The notes: generated by a model from the letters alone, not told the origin. Shown: positions 12,701 through 25,450, counted from the first letter of the stretch. The stretch: 44,331 bases of DNA from Lama guanicoe (GCA_013239625.1 MU053762.1:147424-191754); one strand, 5' to 3'. Translations and numbers: made by a program.

Positions 12701-13338
12701 AAACCCAGCTGGCTAGCAAAAAGAACTTGAACAGCAAACCAACACTAATTAACTTAGATTTACAAGTTAGTCCAGCAGAACTCAGATCAGTATACTGATA
12801 CTTACATTTGTGAGTTATCTTGTTAGACCAGCCCGGCTTTTCCTTCACACTAGTAGATCTTTTACATCCTGATTGAATCACCAAATTTGCATCAAAATGC
12901 TTGATCTTAGTTTGGACTTCAAACAATTTATGGTTGAAAATGCAGATTCACATGACCAAGTTGCTCCAAAGAAACTTATACTTTTCAATATCTGAATTAA
13001 GTGCCCAAATTTTTTTTTAGTATTTTTATCTAATTTGATAAAACTTGTTCATGTTTTTTTAGAATTTGAAGCAAAAGTTTAACAGTTTCAAATCTGTGCT
13101 ACTTAAATTAAGTAAATTCACTAATTCTTGTGTCAAATTAGTGTTATTAACATCAATTCCTAAGGATATTGCATAAGTTGAACAACAACTTTAAATTCGG
13201 TCAAAACAACAAACTGTTCAACTATTTCTGATTATTTTTGCAGCCAATTTTTGCAGCACTCTGCATTGTAAACAACATATTCTGTATATTGATTTATGTT
13301 AGGAAAAATGTAAAATCTTTATTATCAATTCATATTAT

Positions 13339-13938
13339 TGTGGGTTCGTCATCAGTTGTGGGTTCTGGCCAGCAGAAGTCCCACCGAGACGGAATTAATT
13401 ACTCAAGACTGTGGAAAAGTCAAGAGAACGAGAGGGAGTTGGGAACCTGGAGCCTCTCAAATCTCCCACAATTGCTGAGTACAGTCAAAGGAGGAATGCA
13501 GGAATTTGGGAAAGGATAAGGTGGGATCACAATGAGCACAAAGGCTTTGTTTATAGTTGGTGTTGGGCTCAAGGTCAGAAGACTCTTCTTGGTGAATCAT
13601 GTTTGTGTTGAGCCTTTCAGCTTATCAGGGCAGAACATCTGAGATTCAGCTGCTTAACACTTTGGACTCAGGCGGCTGTGCCTGTCTTAGGTTGCCCCCC
13701 TCAGGGGATCTTTCCGGTCATTGGCTACCCAGCCTTCTCACCTCTGAGTCTGCAGCTTTTTACCATTCCAGCCCAAGGCTGTTTTGGGGATAGAAGACTA
13801 ACAGCAGGCACGCCCAGCATTTATAGCCAGGGGCCTTGGTCATTGCTAAAACCTCAAGGCAGTTACTAAGCACATCTTTTTTAGGAGATAAGCGGCTGGG
13901 ATCTGTTACAATTTGTTAACCCACAGTGGGCTCCCACA
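13339..13938 (-). mobile_element. Solo LTR (class III ERVL/MaLR-like), 600 bp, inserted in the hAT transposase
   Basis: Termini TGTGGG...CCCACA with a perfect 5-bp TSD ATTAT (13334-13338 and 13939-13943). The transposase reading resumes across it. A TATAAA on the minus strand at ~13551-13556 suggests the orientation. Confidence 0.8.
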
Positions 13939-14345
13939 ATTATGAGAACTTTCAATTTCAACATAAATGTCTGTACCTGTGTAACTAGGTCATAGGTACA
14001 ATTTCTCTTTCTTTGGTACTTAAAGCCATGCTTGTTTACCTGTACTGAGATACCAGTGAGAAAACATAAGCACTGCCATTTTTGTCTTTGATTATTGAAT
14101 ATTGAAAAAAATACTTTCTTGATCAGCGTTAATAATACAGTAAATCTTTGTGAACTTCTTCCTCTACTCAACCATTGAGCAAGATACACAAGATTCTTAA
14201 ATGTGTTGTTTTCTATTTTTCCAATAATTTTGCAAGCTGGCTAGGATTCTTATTATTTTCATGTACATACTTATCAGTTTTAACAACTTAATACATGCTA
14301 CTTTTCATAGCTTTAGAATGCTGAGCACAAACATTTTTTCATTCT

Positions 14346-14475
14346 ATTTTTTGAGGGGGAGGTAATTAGGTTTATTTGTATGTTTGTTTGTTTTTGATGA
14401 TGGCACTGGGGGTTGAACCCAGGACCTTGTGCATGCTAGGCACACACTCTATCGCTGAGCCATACTCGTCCCCTC
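14346..14475 (-). mobile_element. Vic-1-type camelid SINE
   Basis: Reverse complement of the tRNA-Ala head (gggttgaacccaggaccttgtgcatgctagg..gctgagccatac) plus the gggggaggtaattaggtttattt tail. Confidence 0.9.
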
Positions 14476-14999
14476 ATAAATCTACTCTATGTATATCATA
14501 CACTGGAGCAGAGCAATAAGAGGAATATAAGTTTCTTTTTTTTTAAATCTAGTAAGTGTAGCTTTTTAACCTAACATGGCTGGAGCTGTCTATTGAGACA
14601 GAGAGTAATATTTTAATATATAGCTGAAATTCTTTGGCCGTGTAAAAGATGAAAAATAATCCATGCTACAATTTTGATTTTTTTAAAGTACATACTGACA
14701 TTTATTCTTAAGTTTGGAAGTTCTTTCAAAGAAAATGTGTCTAAAGTTGTACTTTGGTAGTGTCTCTTGTATCACATGGCTTATCTAAAGCTCAAAGAAA
14801 AGTAATTTCTCATATTTTGAATCTACTGATTTTTGATACTGTTAGACATGTCTTCCATATGATGAAGAGTTGTTTGGTGGCTTAATTGAAGGCCTTCTAC
14901 TTTTTCTATAATATCTGTTTTAGTATTCCTCATAATTTTCTAATAAAATATCTATAATTGAAATAATTTATTTACCATCTCTCTACTTAAATGTGGTTT

Positions 15000-15086
15000 C
15001 TTCCCTCTTTCCTTCCTTCCATCCTTCCTTCCTTCCATCCTTCCTTTCTTTCTTTCATCTCCCTCTCTCTCCCTCTCTTTCTTTTT
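15000..15086. repeat. (TTCC)n/(TC)n low-complexity microsatellite inside the hAT ORF
   Basis: ccttccttccatccttccttccttcc...ctctctctccctctctttc. Confidence 0.85.
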
Positions 15087-15418
15087 GCAAGAATCCATAC
15101 CATTTTATAGCTCACTAGAGTAATAAGCCCAGATCCTTTAAAAATCTTTTAAAAATGTTTGTTGGACAATTAATTCTGATCTCAGGTGAATAAGTTTGTT
15201 GCTTCTCTTTTGACTTAGGAAACTTCTTATGAAAATTTACTATGTATTTCCTGAAAATGTCTCTTAATATTGTCTACTTTTTTCGTTTAAAATATTTTTA
15301 TCTAAGTAATAGTTTTTAAATTTTGCTTTACCAGAGATAATTGTGATTATTATTCATGTTAAAATTGGTGCATTGTTTTCTTCTAGTCTCACTTCACTGT
15401 GCTGGTGGCAGCGCTATC

Positions 15419-17605
15419 ACAGCATTTGCCCACTTCATGTCTTTGTGTTACATTTTAGCAATTCTTGCAATACTTCAAAATTTTTCATTATTATTATACT
15501 TGTTGTAATCTGTGATCGGTAATCCTTGATGTTACTATGGCAATTGTTTTGGGGTGCCAAAAACCACACCCATTTAACATGGCAAACATAATTGGTAAAT
15601 GCTGTGTGTTCTGGCTGCTCCACCAATTGGTCATTCCCCCATCTGTCTCCCTCTCTACAGACCTCCCTATTTCTTAATACATGACAATACTGTAATCAGG
15701 GTAATTAATAACCCTACAGTGGTCCCAGTGTTCAAGTGAAAGTAAGAGTCGCATGTCTCTCACTTTAAATCAAAAGCTAGAAACAATTAGGTGCAGTGAG
15801 GAAGACATGCTAAAGCTGAGATAGACTGAAAACTAGGCCTCTTGTGCAAATGAGCCAAATTGTGAGCAAAGGAAAGTTCTTGAAGGAAATTAACAGTGCT
15901 ACTCCAGTGAATACACCAATAATAAGAAAGTGAAACAGGCTAATTGCTGATACGGAGTAAGCTTTATTGTTCTAGATAAAAAATCTAATCAGCCACAGCA
16001 TTCCCTTAATCCAAAACCTAATCTAGAGCAAGGCCCTAATTCTCTTTAATTCCTTGAAGGCTGAGAGAGGCGAGAAAGCTGCAGAAAAGAAGTCTGAAGC
16101 TAGCAGAGGTTGGCTGATGAGGTTTAAGGAAAGACACAATCTCCATAACACAAATGTACAAGGGGAAACAATAAAGGCTGATGGAGAAAGTGCAGCAAGT
16201 CAGCCTCAGGATCTCAATAAGAGAATTCATTTTGGTGTCCACACTAAATGACAGATTTTCAGTGTTGATGGAACAGCCTTATATTGGAAGATGCCATCTA
16301 GGACTTTCATTCGGGTCTAACATTGCTGGTGACTTTAAGTTGAAGCCAGTACTTATCTATCATTTCTGAAAACCATCAGGCCCTGAAGAACTATGTTCAG
16401 CCTGCTGTCCTGTGTTCTATGAACGGAACAAAGCCTAGATGAGAGCACATCTATTGACAACGTGGTTTATTGAATATTTTAAGCTCACAGTTGAGACCTC
16501 AGAAAAAAATCAAAAAGATTCCTTTCAAAATATTTTTGCTCATTGGCAATGCAAATGATTAACCAAGAGCTCTGATGGAGATTAATCTTATGTGCCTGCT
16601 AACAAAACATATGTTCTGCAGCCCATGGATAGATTGACTACAACTCTCAAGTCTTATTATTTAAGATATATTTTGCAAGGCTACGGCTGCCATAAGTAGA
16701 AATTTCTCTGATGAATCTGTGCCAAGTAAAGTGAAAACCTTCTGGAAAGGGTTCCCCATTCTAGATGCCATTAAGGACATTTGTGACTTGTGGGAAGAGG
16801 TCAAAGTATCAACATTAACAGGAGTTTGAAAGACATTGATTCCAATCCTCCTGGATGACTTTTTGAGGAGTTCAAACCTTCAGTGGAGGAATGAACTGCA
16901 GATGTGGTGGAAATAGCAAGAGAATGAGAATCAGAAGTGGAGCAAGAAGATGTGACTGAATTAGCTGCAATCTCAGGATAAAATGTGAATGGGTGAAGAG
17001 TTGCTCCTTATGGATGAACAAAGAAAGCGATTCTTGAGATGAAATCTACTCCTGGTGAAGATGTTATGAAGATTGTTGAAATGACCAAAAAGGATTTAGA
17101 ATATTACATAAACTTGATAAAGTGGACAGTAGGGTTGAGAGAATTGAGCCCAGATTTGAATTGAAAGAAGCAGTGAATAGAGTGCTATCAAACAGCATTA
17201 CACATTAGAGGGAAATCACTTGTAAAAGGAAGAGCCAATTGATGCAGCAAGCATCGCTGCTTAATTTTTAGAAATTACCACAGCCACCCCAGCTTCCAGC
17301 AACCACCACCCTGGTCAGTCAGCCGCCACCAACATGGAGGCAAGACCCTCCACCAGCAGAAAGATTACAGCTCAATGTCAGCTCAGTGGGTGATTAGCAT
17401 TTTTTAACAACAAAGTATTTTTTGATCAAGGTATGTATATTTTTTAGACATAATGTTATTGTGCACTTAACAGGCTATAGTATATTGTAACTATAAATTT
17501 ATCTGTGCTAGGAAACCCCAAAACTCCTGTGACTTGCTTTGTTGCAACATTGACTTCATTGTGGTAGCCTGGAATTGAGCCTGCAGTGTTTCCAAGGTAT
17601 GCCTG
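15419..17605 (+). mobile_element. Tigger1 (TcMar-Tigger) DNA transposon; left end missing, transposase decayed
   Basis: Closely follows the Tigger1 consensus (gtgttcaagtgaaagtaagagtcgcatgtctctcactttaaatcaaaagctag, and the peptide [26 protein letters not shown]). Right TIR ccaaggtatgcctg is followed by TA at 17606-17607. There is a small internal deletion near 16310. Confidence 0.95.
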
Positions 17606-18380
17606 TACTTGCATTGTCTTTGTGACATGCCTCATAGTCATGCAAAATTAAAAGGAAAAAAACATTTCAAACACTGTTTATGGATAAAGGCTATTTAGTA
17701 ACCAAACATTTGGACAAACATGTATTAGAAGTCATGGCTCATCCCCCATTATTCTCAAAGTATTCTGCAGGAGTACTTGGGGAGTGGGGGCATGTCTATA
17801 TTCTAAAACTGCTTTCATCATTTCAGTGAAAGACCAAATGACAACAAAAAAGGGGAGTATTTTGTTTAAGCTCTCTCTCACAAGTTAAAATTTAAGAATA
17901 TTTCATCTATAGAGATCTATAGAGATCTCATCAGGCATACAACAGATGCTTAAATTAGGAAACAATTTCAGCTGACATGGACTGTGGAAAGAGGTTAATG
18001 GAGTTCAAGTATTTAATATTCTGAGTTTGGGTAAGTATGAAAATGTTTTTTTATGCATACCTCAACTGCTTTGTGGTTTTTAAAGCTAGAGCTGTCTCAA
18101 CTAATTATAGTACCAGCCTTTCTCTCTCTCTCTCTCTTTCTTTCTTGCTTTTTCTTTTGCCTTCTTTTCTTTCTTTCACTGTTGTCCTTTGAGCAAGCCA
18201 AGCAGTAAGTTCTCCATGTTTCTGATTTCCCCAAAATAAATGAATGTAAATACTTATTCCATTCTCAGCCATGATTTGTGAATAGAGGGGGATGTCTAAA
18301 GACCTGTTTTAAAAATCAGAGGAGCAAGTCTATGAATAAAAAAAGGAATTGAAACTTGTCAACTAGAGAATTTGTCTACT

Positions 18381-18660
18381 AGACTGTTTCCAAATGTATT
18401 CTGTAGGAGTAGTCACTAGAGATGGTCCTTGAAGAAAGGTCTCTGTGATTAAGTTTGAAGAAACACTGTGTACTGTAATAGTGGCCTATTGTTGATTCAT
18501 AAAGCACAATGGTATGTTAAAGATTCTGAGACATCTTACAAGAAAGAAACTTGTAAGAGCTTATATATCTTTTGTCTCTTAAACGTCTTGGACAGTGGAA
18601 TTCTTTTTTTATTTGTCATAATTGATGTATGAGGAATGTTGCCCTCTAGAGGCATAATTT
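18381..18660 (+). mobile_element. MER103C-like hAT-Charlie non-autonomous element
   Basis: ctgtttccaaatgtattctgtagg...aagtttgaagaaacactg...gattcataaagcaca...ttaaagattctgagacatcttacaagaaagaaac matches remembered MER103C layout. Confidence 0.6.
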
Positions 18661-18699
18661 TTTTTTTTTTTTTTGGTTGGGAGAGAAAATTTTCTTATA

Positions 18700-20100
18700 T
18701 ATTATATGTCTAACATGAGAAAAAGGACAAATCTCATGGACTAAATTCCATAAATTTAATGCAATTGTATATTTTTCATTTTTTAAAGTTTTCTTTTAAA
18801 AAATCTGAGACAAGAAAAACATATAAAGCAACGGTGAGAAGAGAAACCAGTAAGACCTACTGGTAACGTCTAAGTAAGAGCTGGTTAACATTTTCAAATC
18901 AGAAGTCCTTAGAAAAAATAAATAGAGCTCTAACTCTCATGTCCAAATGCCTTTAGATGGTTCTCCCAATTTTCAAGAAATACATTATTTTTCTACACAT
19001 ATTTTCCTTTCTGTAAGTTTACCTAAATGGTTTTTATAAGGCTAATACTACACAAATGCCAAAATTGGAGAGACGGTACTCACACAAGCTTCACACATTT
19101 ATTTTATTTGACAAACACTTACATAGAGCTTACATACTACAGTGTGATAATAGCACAGAACAGAGGTAGAAATTAACAAAACAGAACATTGTCTAGGAAA
19201 GGATCCATATAAAATGGAGTTTCGCATGTAACACTGTTGGCAGTTGAAATGGTGAGGAATGGCAGATTATGCAATATATTTTGGGATAAATGATTAGGAA
19301 AAGCCCATAAAAATGAAAATATTAATTTAAAACAAGTACAATTTCTAAAATAAAGGAATTACAAGGCAAAAGAGAGCAAGATGATGAACACATGACTAAA
19401 AAAATGGAAATAGTGTAAGCATAAAAATATGCTCAGTTGCAGTCACCAGAGACACTGCAAATTAACCCAACCAGATACCAGCATCCTATCAAATTAGCAA
19501 AAAAAAAAAAATTTAAAGTGATAATCAATGCTCAGAAAGTTGAAAAGAAACAGGTAACTTAATCTCTGCTGGAGGGACTACTGGTACAGCTTTACAGGAG
19601 GACAATCTATTAATATAAAAATAAACATATGCTACAAAATGTAGATTCCATTTCTCAGTGTCTACCCTAGAGAAATAGTTTTTTCTTTTACAAATTGCAC
19701 TACAGCAATTTGTAAGAGAAAAATGGAAAAATCTAAATATATATCAGCAAGAAATATATATATATAATCTTGGATATATATCTCTCCACTGTGGAATATT
19801 TTGCAATGATTCAAAGGAGATATACATGCATAATATATATAGAGAGAGAGACAAGGAAACACAATCAAGACATTAAGTGGGAAAAAATAAGTTCAAGAAC
19901 ATATATTCTTCCTATTACTCATGTAAAAGTGGAAAAGAAAATGATTCCTACATATTCCACATAGACCCATATATACACACACACATACAGACATATACAG
20001 ACAGACGTACATAATCGTGTTGAAGAAGCACTGGTAGAAAAACTGACAAGTAATCATTATCTGCAGGAAAGAATCCATGACTGGTAGAAGGCAGTCAAGG
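18700..20100 (+). mobile_element. Ancient L1 (L1M/L1ME-type) ORF2 end and 3' UTR fragments
   Basis: A-rich degenerate L1 text, e.g. gattccatttctcagtgtctaccctagagaaata and ccactgtggaatattttgcaatg. Confidence 0.55.
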
Positions 20101-20584
20101 AAAAAATCAGTATATTCATTTATTATTTTTTCTGCAACATTTAATTAGGAATATTTGCAAATACATAGAAAGGTTAGAAGAAATGTAAGTGAACATCCAT
20201 AAACCCACCTAGATTCTACAGTAGTCTACTATATTTATCTTATATATATTCACCATCTGTTTTTAATGCATTTCATGTTGCAGATGTCCATACACTTTAC
20301 CCTTAAACACTCCATGCATATTAACTAAAATTGAGAAAGTAAATTATATTCAGTGAAATGCACAAACCTCCAATGTACCATTACTTGAGTTCAACCTATA
20401 TGATCCAAGCCACTATCAAGATAGAGAACATTAATGTCTCTCATGTCCCTACCCAGTCAATCCCCACACCCACAATTCTAGAGGCAGACATAATTTTGAG
20501 CTTTTTTCAAGCACAGATAAGTATTGCTTGTTTCATAATTTCATAAAAATGAAACTATATAGTAATGTTCTCATAAATAAAATA

Positions 20585-20720
20585 CTGAAATGCTAGTTTA
20601 CATATTGTTTATGGCCACTTTCAAGCTACTAAGAGCAGAGTCGAGGAGCTGCAACAGTCTATGGCTAGCAAAGCCTAAAATACTATCTGGTCCTTTAAAG
20701 AAAAAGTTTGCAGCCTCCTG
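20585..20720 (+). mobile_element. MER58A-like MITE
   Basis: gcagagtcgaggagctgcaacag..gcaaagcctaaaatactatctggtcctttaaagaaaaagtttgcagcctcctg. Confidence 0.75.
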
Positions 20721-20779
20721 TTCAAAAGCACTTATATAGGCTTTTTCATTCCAAACTGACAGCTGAAACTATCTCATGC

Positions 20780-20900
20780 AATTTTTCCCTTATAGAGGAA
20801 ACTAAGACCAAGAGATTTTAAATGACTTATCTAAGCTTAGGTGGAAATGTAGAACTCAAATTTAGGTCTGTATTCTGAGTCCTAGTCTGATCATCTTCTC
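20780..20900 (-). mobile_element. MIR fragment
   Basis: tatagaggaaactaagaccaagagattttaaatgacttatctaag...gaactcaaatttaggtctg. Confidence 0.6.
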
Positions 20901-22149
20901 AATATACCAGTAAATTTCTACACTTATCAAGTAAAAATATATATGCCCACAGGCTCACTTTGACTCTCATGCCCTAACTGTAAACTTCAAAATGAGTTAG
21001 AAGTTTAGTGGAACAGAATCATGATGAGCTAAGGGAAATTTCACCCTTATGAATAAGTTTTTCCACAAAGAAGACTTTCATAGTGTGGAGCTAAACCAAT
21101 GAAACCACAGTACTCTCAACTTACAAACAGGTAGATCACAGGTGGCAACTGATTAAGTGACAATTTTTTCATCAAAAAAAATAGCAAGTGCTTATTATGT
21201 GCTGGATGCTGTAGGGATATAAAGTCCTGCTGTGAGATAGAAAAAAACTATCATTCCATTGTATATTTTTAGGTGTTAGAAGTGATAAGTGTGGTATTAT
21301 TTTCATCTGGGCATGCCAGAGAAGGCTGGAACTGAAGAGTTTATGACGTAGAGGATGAAGGGTGTCTGGGAGGGAAAGAACAGGGCACCCCAGACCAGCG
21401 GGCCTCAGATACACCTATCTGGCTGTGACAGGAGGTATACCAGGAATATGGTGTAAAATAGCAGGTTATGAGGTTGGAAACGTAGTTCTAAGCCAATATG
21501 TAATACACTCAGAATGCCAGGCTATCTGGAACTTATGTAAACATTCTGAAAGCAGCGAGAATCCAAATAGTTTTGGGGTACAGGGAAGTAGCATGAGCAA
21601 AACTACAGCCTTAGAAATAATGAGAAATACTAGTTTAGGTCTGTCATCCGTGGGAGGCTGGAAAGGGGATGCGAGGAGGTGAGCTGCCCAACTGGAAAAA
21701 ATGCACAAGGAGCTGACATAATGTGTGAGGAGCTGACATGGAGCAAAACAGCAGTTTATTGCAGTACAAGCGGGTGAAGCGTGTCCTCGGGCGTATGCAC
21801 TTGTCCTTTTATTATGCCCGTGCATGTGTATTGTTCATAATACTTTCTCATGCTATTGGCACATGCATACATTTACTTCCCACCTCACACACATGCAAGT
21901 TATTGTGGACTTTGACTGTGGTCCATGGCCTACTCACTTAAGACTGTCGACAAGGTCACAACAATTCCAAGTGATTCTTGGATCTTTCTAGAGGTGCACC
22001 AGTATTTAAGAGCCCACGTTCCCCTGTCAAAAAACACTACACTGCTTTTAAACAGCAGATAATAGCTGAAATCCAAGGGTCTATTTAAACATGGAACAAT
22101 TTTGAAAGAAACTTACAAAAAACCTTCATCACATGAAAAGACACTGCCA

Positions 22150-22244
22150 NNNNNNNNNNNNNNNNNNNNNNNNNNNNNNNNNNNNNNNNNNNNNNNNNNN
22201 NNNNNNNNNNNNNNNNNNNNNNNNNNNNNNNNNNNNNNNNNNNN
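22150..22244. other. Assembly gap
   Basis: Run of N. Confidence 1.
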
Positions 22245-23414
22245 GAGGAGAGACCCCGAGGCTCCCTGTGAATGTGCACCTTCACAAGGAATTGGAGGAT
22301 GAGGCCAGATGGAAGAGTGGTGAGCAGGTCAGAGAAAATTCATTCCTGAACTGACCGTGGTAGGGTGTGAATCATAGAGATTCAGGAGGTGTTACGGGAA
22401 ATAGAACTGGCATGATCTGGCCAGGTTCAGAGCCCAGATGACAGCAGTGATAGTGACAGTCTTCAAAAACTACAAATACAGGAGCAACTCAGAACTACAG
22501 TGAAGGAAGGGGAAAGAGCCCCACTTAATCAGTTGACATATAAGGTCCCTGAGTTATCTCAGCCTCACTCTCAGGTTTATGGGATATGCAAGAAGCAACT
22601 GCAATCTGAGATGATAACCAAGAAGTACAATTTGTCAATAATCTTTACAATTGTTTTAAGATGAAGACAAAGAGAAGACAAGGCCCAAAAGAGCACCTGG
22701 GAAATACATATTCAGGAAATAAGAGAACCAGGAAAGGAATGGCTAGAGAAGTGTGGAGTGGGGGTAAGGGCCGCTTTTTATGGGCCAGATACTGCCAGCC
22801 AGTCAGAAACCGCCAAAAGAAATGTACCTCATTTTGTACACAAGGGCCAATTCCTTACCATGGCATTAGCAAAATACTAGGAGGAGATCATAAATAAGAG
22901 CCAGCTCCACAAATGTCTCAGTAACAAAGTTTAAACAGATATGGGGAGGTTGTCAGGTTAGAGAATTCTTTTCAAACATATTATTAGCTAACAGCACCCT
23001 GTAGGGGGAGGATGAGACTGTTAAATTAACCTCCATTGAGTCTGAGGGCAGGTAAGTTAAAAAATAATCAGAAGCCTGTATGAAGTTCTCATAAGAGCCA
23101 TATAAGCTGCTGAATAGGGCAATAAAGCCGGACACAGCAGAGCTGGGTAATAGCTCCGGTTCTGTTACCCTAATCAGACGCACCACCCAGGCATGTTAAG
23201 CTCAGCTGAGTCTCTCATGAGAAAGTAAAGGGGAGGCTTCTTCTGAACACTGAGATATGAAAACCCGTTCGTGCTGTACTCAAAAAAAGAAAGGAAAACG
23301 CCCAAACACTGGGTGAACCTTTATGCTATTAAATGCCAATACCATGAAAGACATTAAAAATAATGTAGAAGACTAATTACAGCTAATTAGACTGGGGACC
23401 TTTCATAATACTGC

Positions 23415-24070
23415 TCACTTATCCAAACAATTTTTATTACGTCCCTACTAAGTGCCAGTCCCCAGACTAGGTGTTAGGAAATTGTGAATAAGAAGCTTAT
23501 GTCTATTAAACAGGCAACAATAAGACTATAAGAAGTGACAAATGCTATGCTGGAAAAAGGTATCACAGCATACATTGAAGCACTTGACCCGGTCTTAAGG
23601 TCAAAGAGGAGTTCAAAAACATTTCCCAGAGATCAGGGTCTGAAAGCTGATGTCTGAGTAACCAGGCCAAGTCGAAGGAAGGAGATGCTCAGAAGCTAGG
23701 AAACCAGCCCAGAAGGGGTGGGAGAGAACTAAGTGGAACAGTAAGGTGACAGGAGAGAAATACACCAACGTGATTTCAAAAAGTTTGTAGGTCACGTTAA
23801 GAGCCACATGGGAGAGTAAAGATTTACATGAAGAGGTGCCTATAAAACATCCAGTTGAAAATTTCTGACAGGCAGTTGGAAGAATATAAAAAAGCCTTAG
23901 GGACTAGAGATGCAGATTTGGATCCCAACATAGAGACAGTAACTAAAACCACAAGAACACCATAGTTCTAGTAGGAAGTGTGGACAGTCTCCACACTGAG
24001 GGGTGATGGAGAGTCCCAGGGGGATTCGCAACGCATCAACCTATAAGAAGGTGGCAGAGGGAAAACAATC
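23415..24070 (-). mobile_element. LINE-2 fragment
   Basis: cacttatccaaacaatttttattacgtccctactaagtgccag (L2 3' end, reverse) and gactagagatgcagatttgg. Confidence 0.6.
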
Positions 24071-24117
24071 ATTCCCCTTACACATTAAGTGATACGACTA
24101 AGAATCTAGCTGAATAT

Positions 24118-25450
24118 ACATATATATATATTTTTTCTTCTCCTTGATTTTTTTTTGGTCAATTAAGCTTTTCTAAAATTATACTGTAACAATTTGTCAA
24201 TTTCTAGTGATCAGCATAATGTTTCTCATACATATACACAAATATATTCATTTTCACATTTTTTATTATACATTACTACAAGATATTGAGCATATTTCCT
24301 TGTGCTATACAGAAGAAATTTGTTTTTTTAATCTATTTTTATATATAGTAGTTAATGTTTGCATATCTCAAACTATCAATTTGTCCCTCTCCATCCCCTT
24401 TCCCCCAGTAACCATAAGATTGTTTACTATGTCTGCAAGTCTCTTTCTGTCTTGTAGATGAGTTCATCAGTGTCTTTTTGTCTTTTTTTAAATTCCACAT
24501 ATGAGTGATATTATTTTTCTTTCTCAGTCTGACTTCCTTTACTTAGACTGATGATCTCCAAGTCCATCCATGTTGCTGCAAATAATAGTATTTTATTCTT
24601 TTATATGGCTGAGTAGTATTTCATTATATAAATATACCACAGCTTGTTTATCCAGTTATCTTTTGATGGACACTTTAGGTTGGTTATAGTAAATAATGCT
24701 GCTATGAACATTGGGGTTCATGTGAATTTTTGAATTAGAGTTCCCTCCAGATTTATGCCCAGGAGTGGGATTGCTGGATCATATGTTAGGTCTGTTTTTA
24801 GTTTTTTAAGGAATCTCCATACTGCTTTTCACAATAGCTGCAACAAACTACATTCCCACCAGCACTGTAGGAGGGTTCTCTTTTTTCCACACTCTCTCCA
24901 GCATTTATCATTTGTGGACATTCGAATGATGACCATTCTGACTGGTGTGAGGTGATATCTCATTGTAGTTTTAATTTGCATTTCTCTGATAATTAGCGAT
25001 ACTGAGCATTTTTTCATGTGCCTGTTGGCCATTTGTTTGTCTTCATGGGAGAATTACTTGTTTACTTGTTTAGGTCTTCTGCCCATTTTTGGATAGGACT
25101 GTTTGGTTTTTTTGCTATAAAGTTGTATCAGCTGATTTTTTTAAAATATTCTGGGAATTAAGCAGTTGTCAGTTTCATCATTTGCAAATATTGTCTCCCA
25201 TTCTATAGGTTGTCATTTTGTTTTGTGTATTGTTTTCTTTGCTGTGCAAAGATTGTAAGTTCAATTAGGTCTCATTTGTTTATTTTTGCTTTTATTTCTA
25301 TTGTCTGGGTTTACTGCCCTAGGAGAACATTGCTAAGATTTATTTCAGAGAATGTTTTGCCTAACTTTTCTTCTAGGAGTTTTTTTTTAATTGAAGTAAA
25401 GTTAGTTTACAATGTTGTGTCAATTTCTGGTATACAGCATATTGCTTCAG
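24118..25450 (-). mobile_element. 5'-truncated L1 insertion (ORF2 C-terminus + 3' UTR) with a second L1 3'-end stub at 25381-25450
   Basis: ORF2 peptide [33 protein letters not shown] (24829-25032). Candidate TSD tctagctg(a/t)atat at 24105-24117 and 25451-25463. Confidence 0.9.

Larger units (their letters stand above)
12790..15390 (-). mobile_element. Fossil hAT DNA transposon, Charlie/Buster type; near-complete but disrupted transposase
   Basis: Minus-strand translation gives motifs in canonical order: KKVDNIKRHFQEIH (~15270), LITLVSYKMVWILAK, LQLSHQTT..MEDMSNSI..YFSL/LDKPCDTRDT (first catalytic D, ~14790), SID/APAMLG (~14590), QCMIYIE (HCxxH-like), WLSRG (~14170), WQCLCFLTGI..DLVTQVQTFMLKL, and FGATWSCESAFST..KSKLRS (C-terminal dimerisation region, ~12960). 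There are many stops and frameshifts. Confidence 0.88.

Noticed and set aside
15719..17400. TIGD1-like domesticated gene
   Set aside because: The start codon is lost and there are many stops, frameshifts and an internal deletion, with a TIR present. It is a neutral Tigger1 copy.
22957..23051. Coding exon ending at cag|gtaagt
   Set aside because: The donor is strong, but all three frames contain stops and the acceptor is weak. At most it is non-coding or regulatory.
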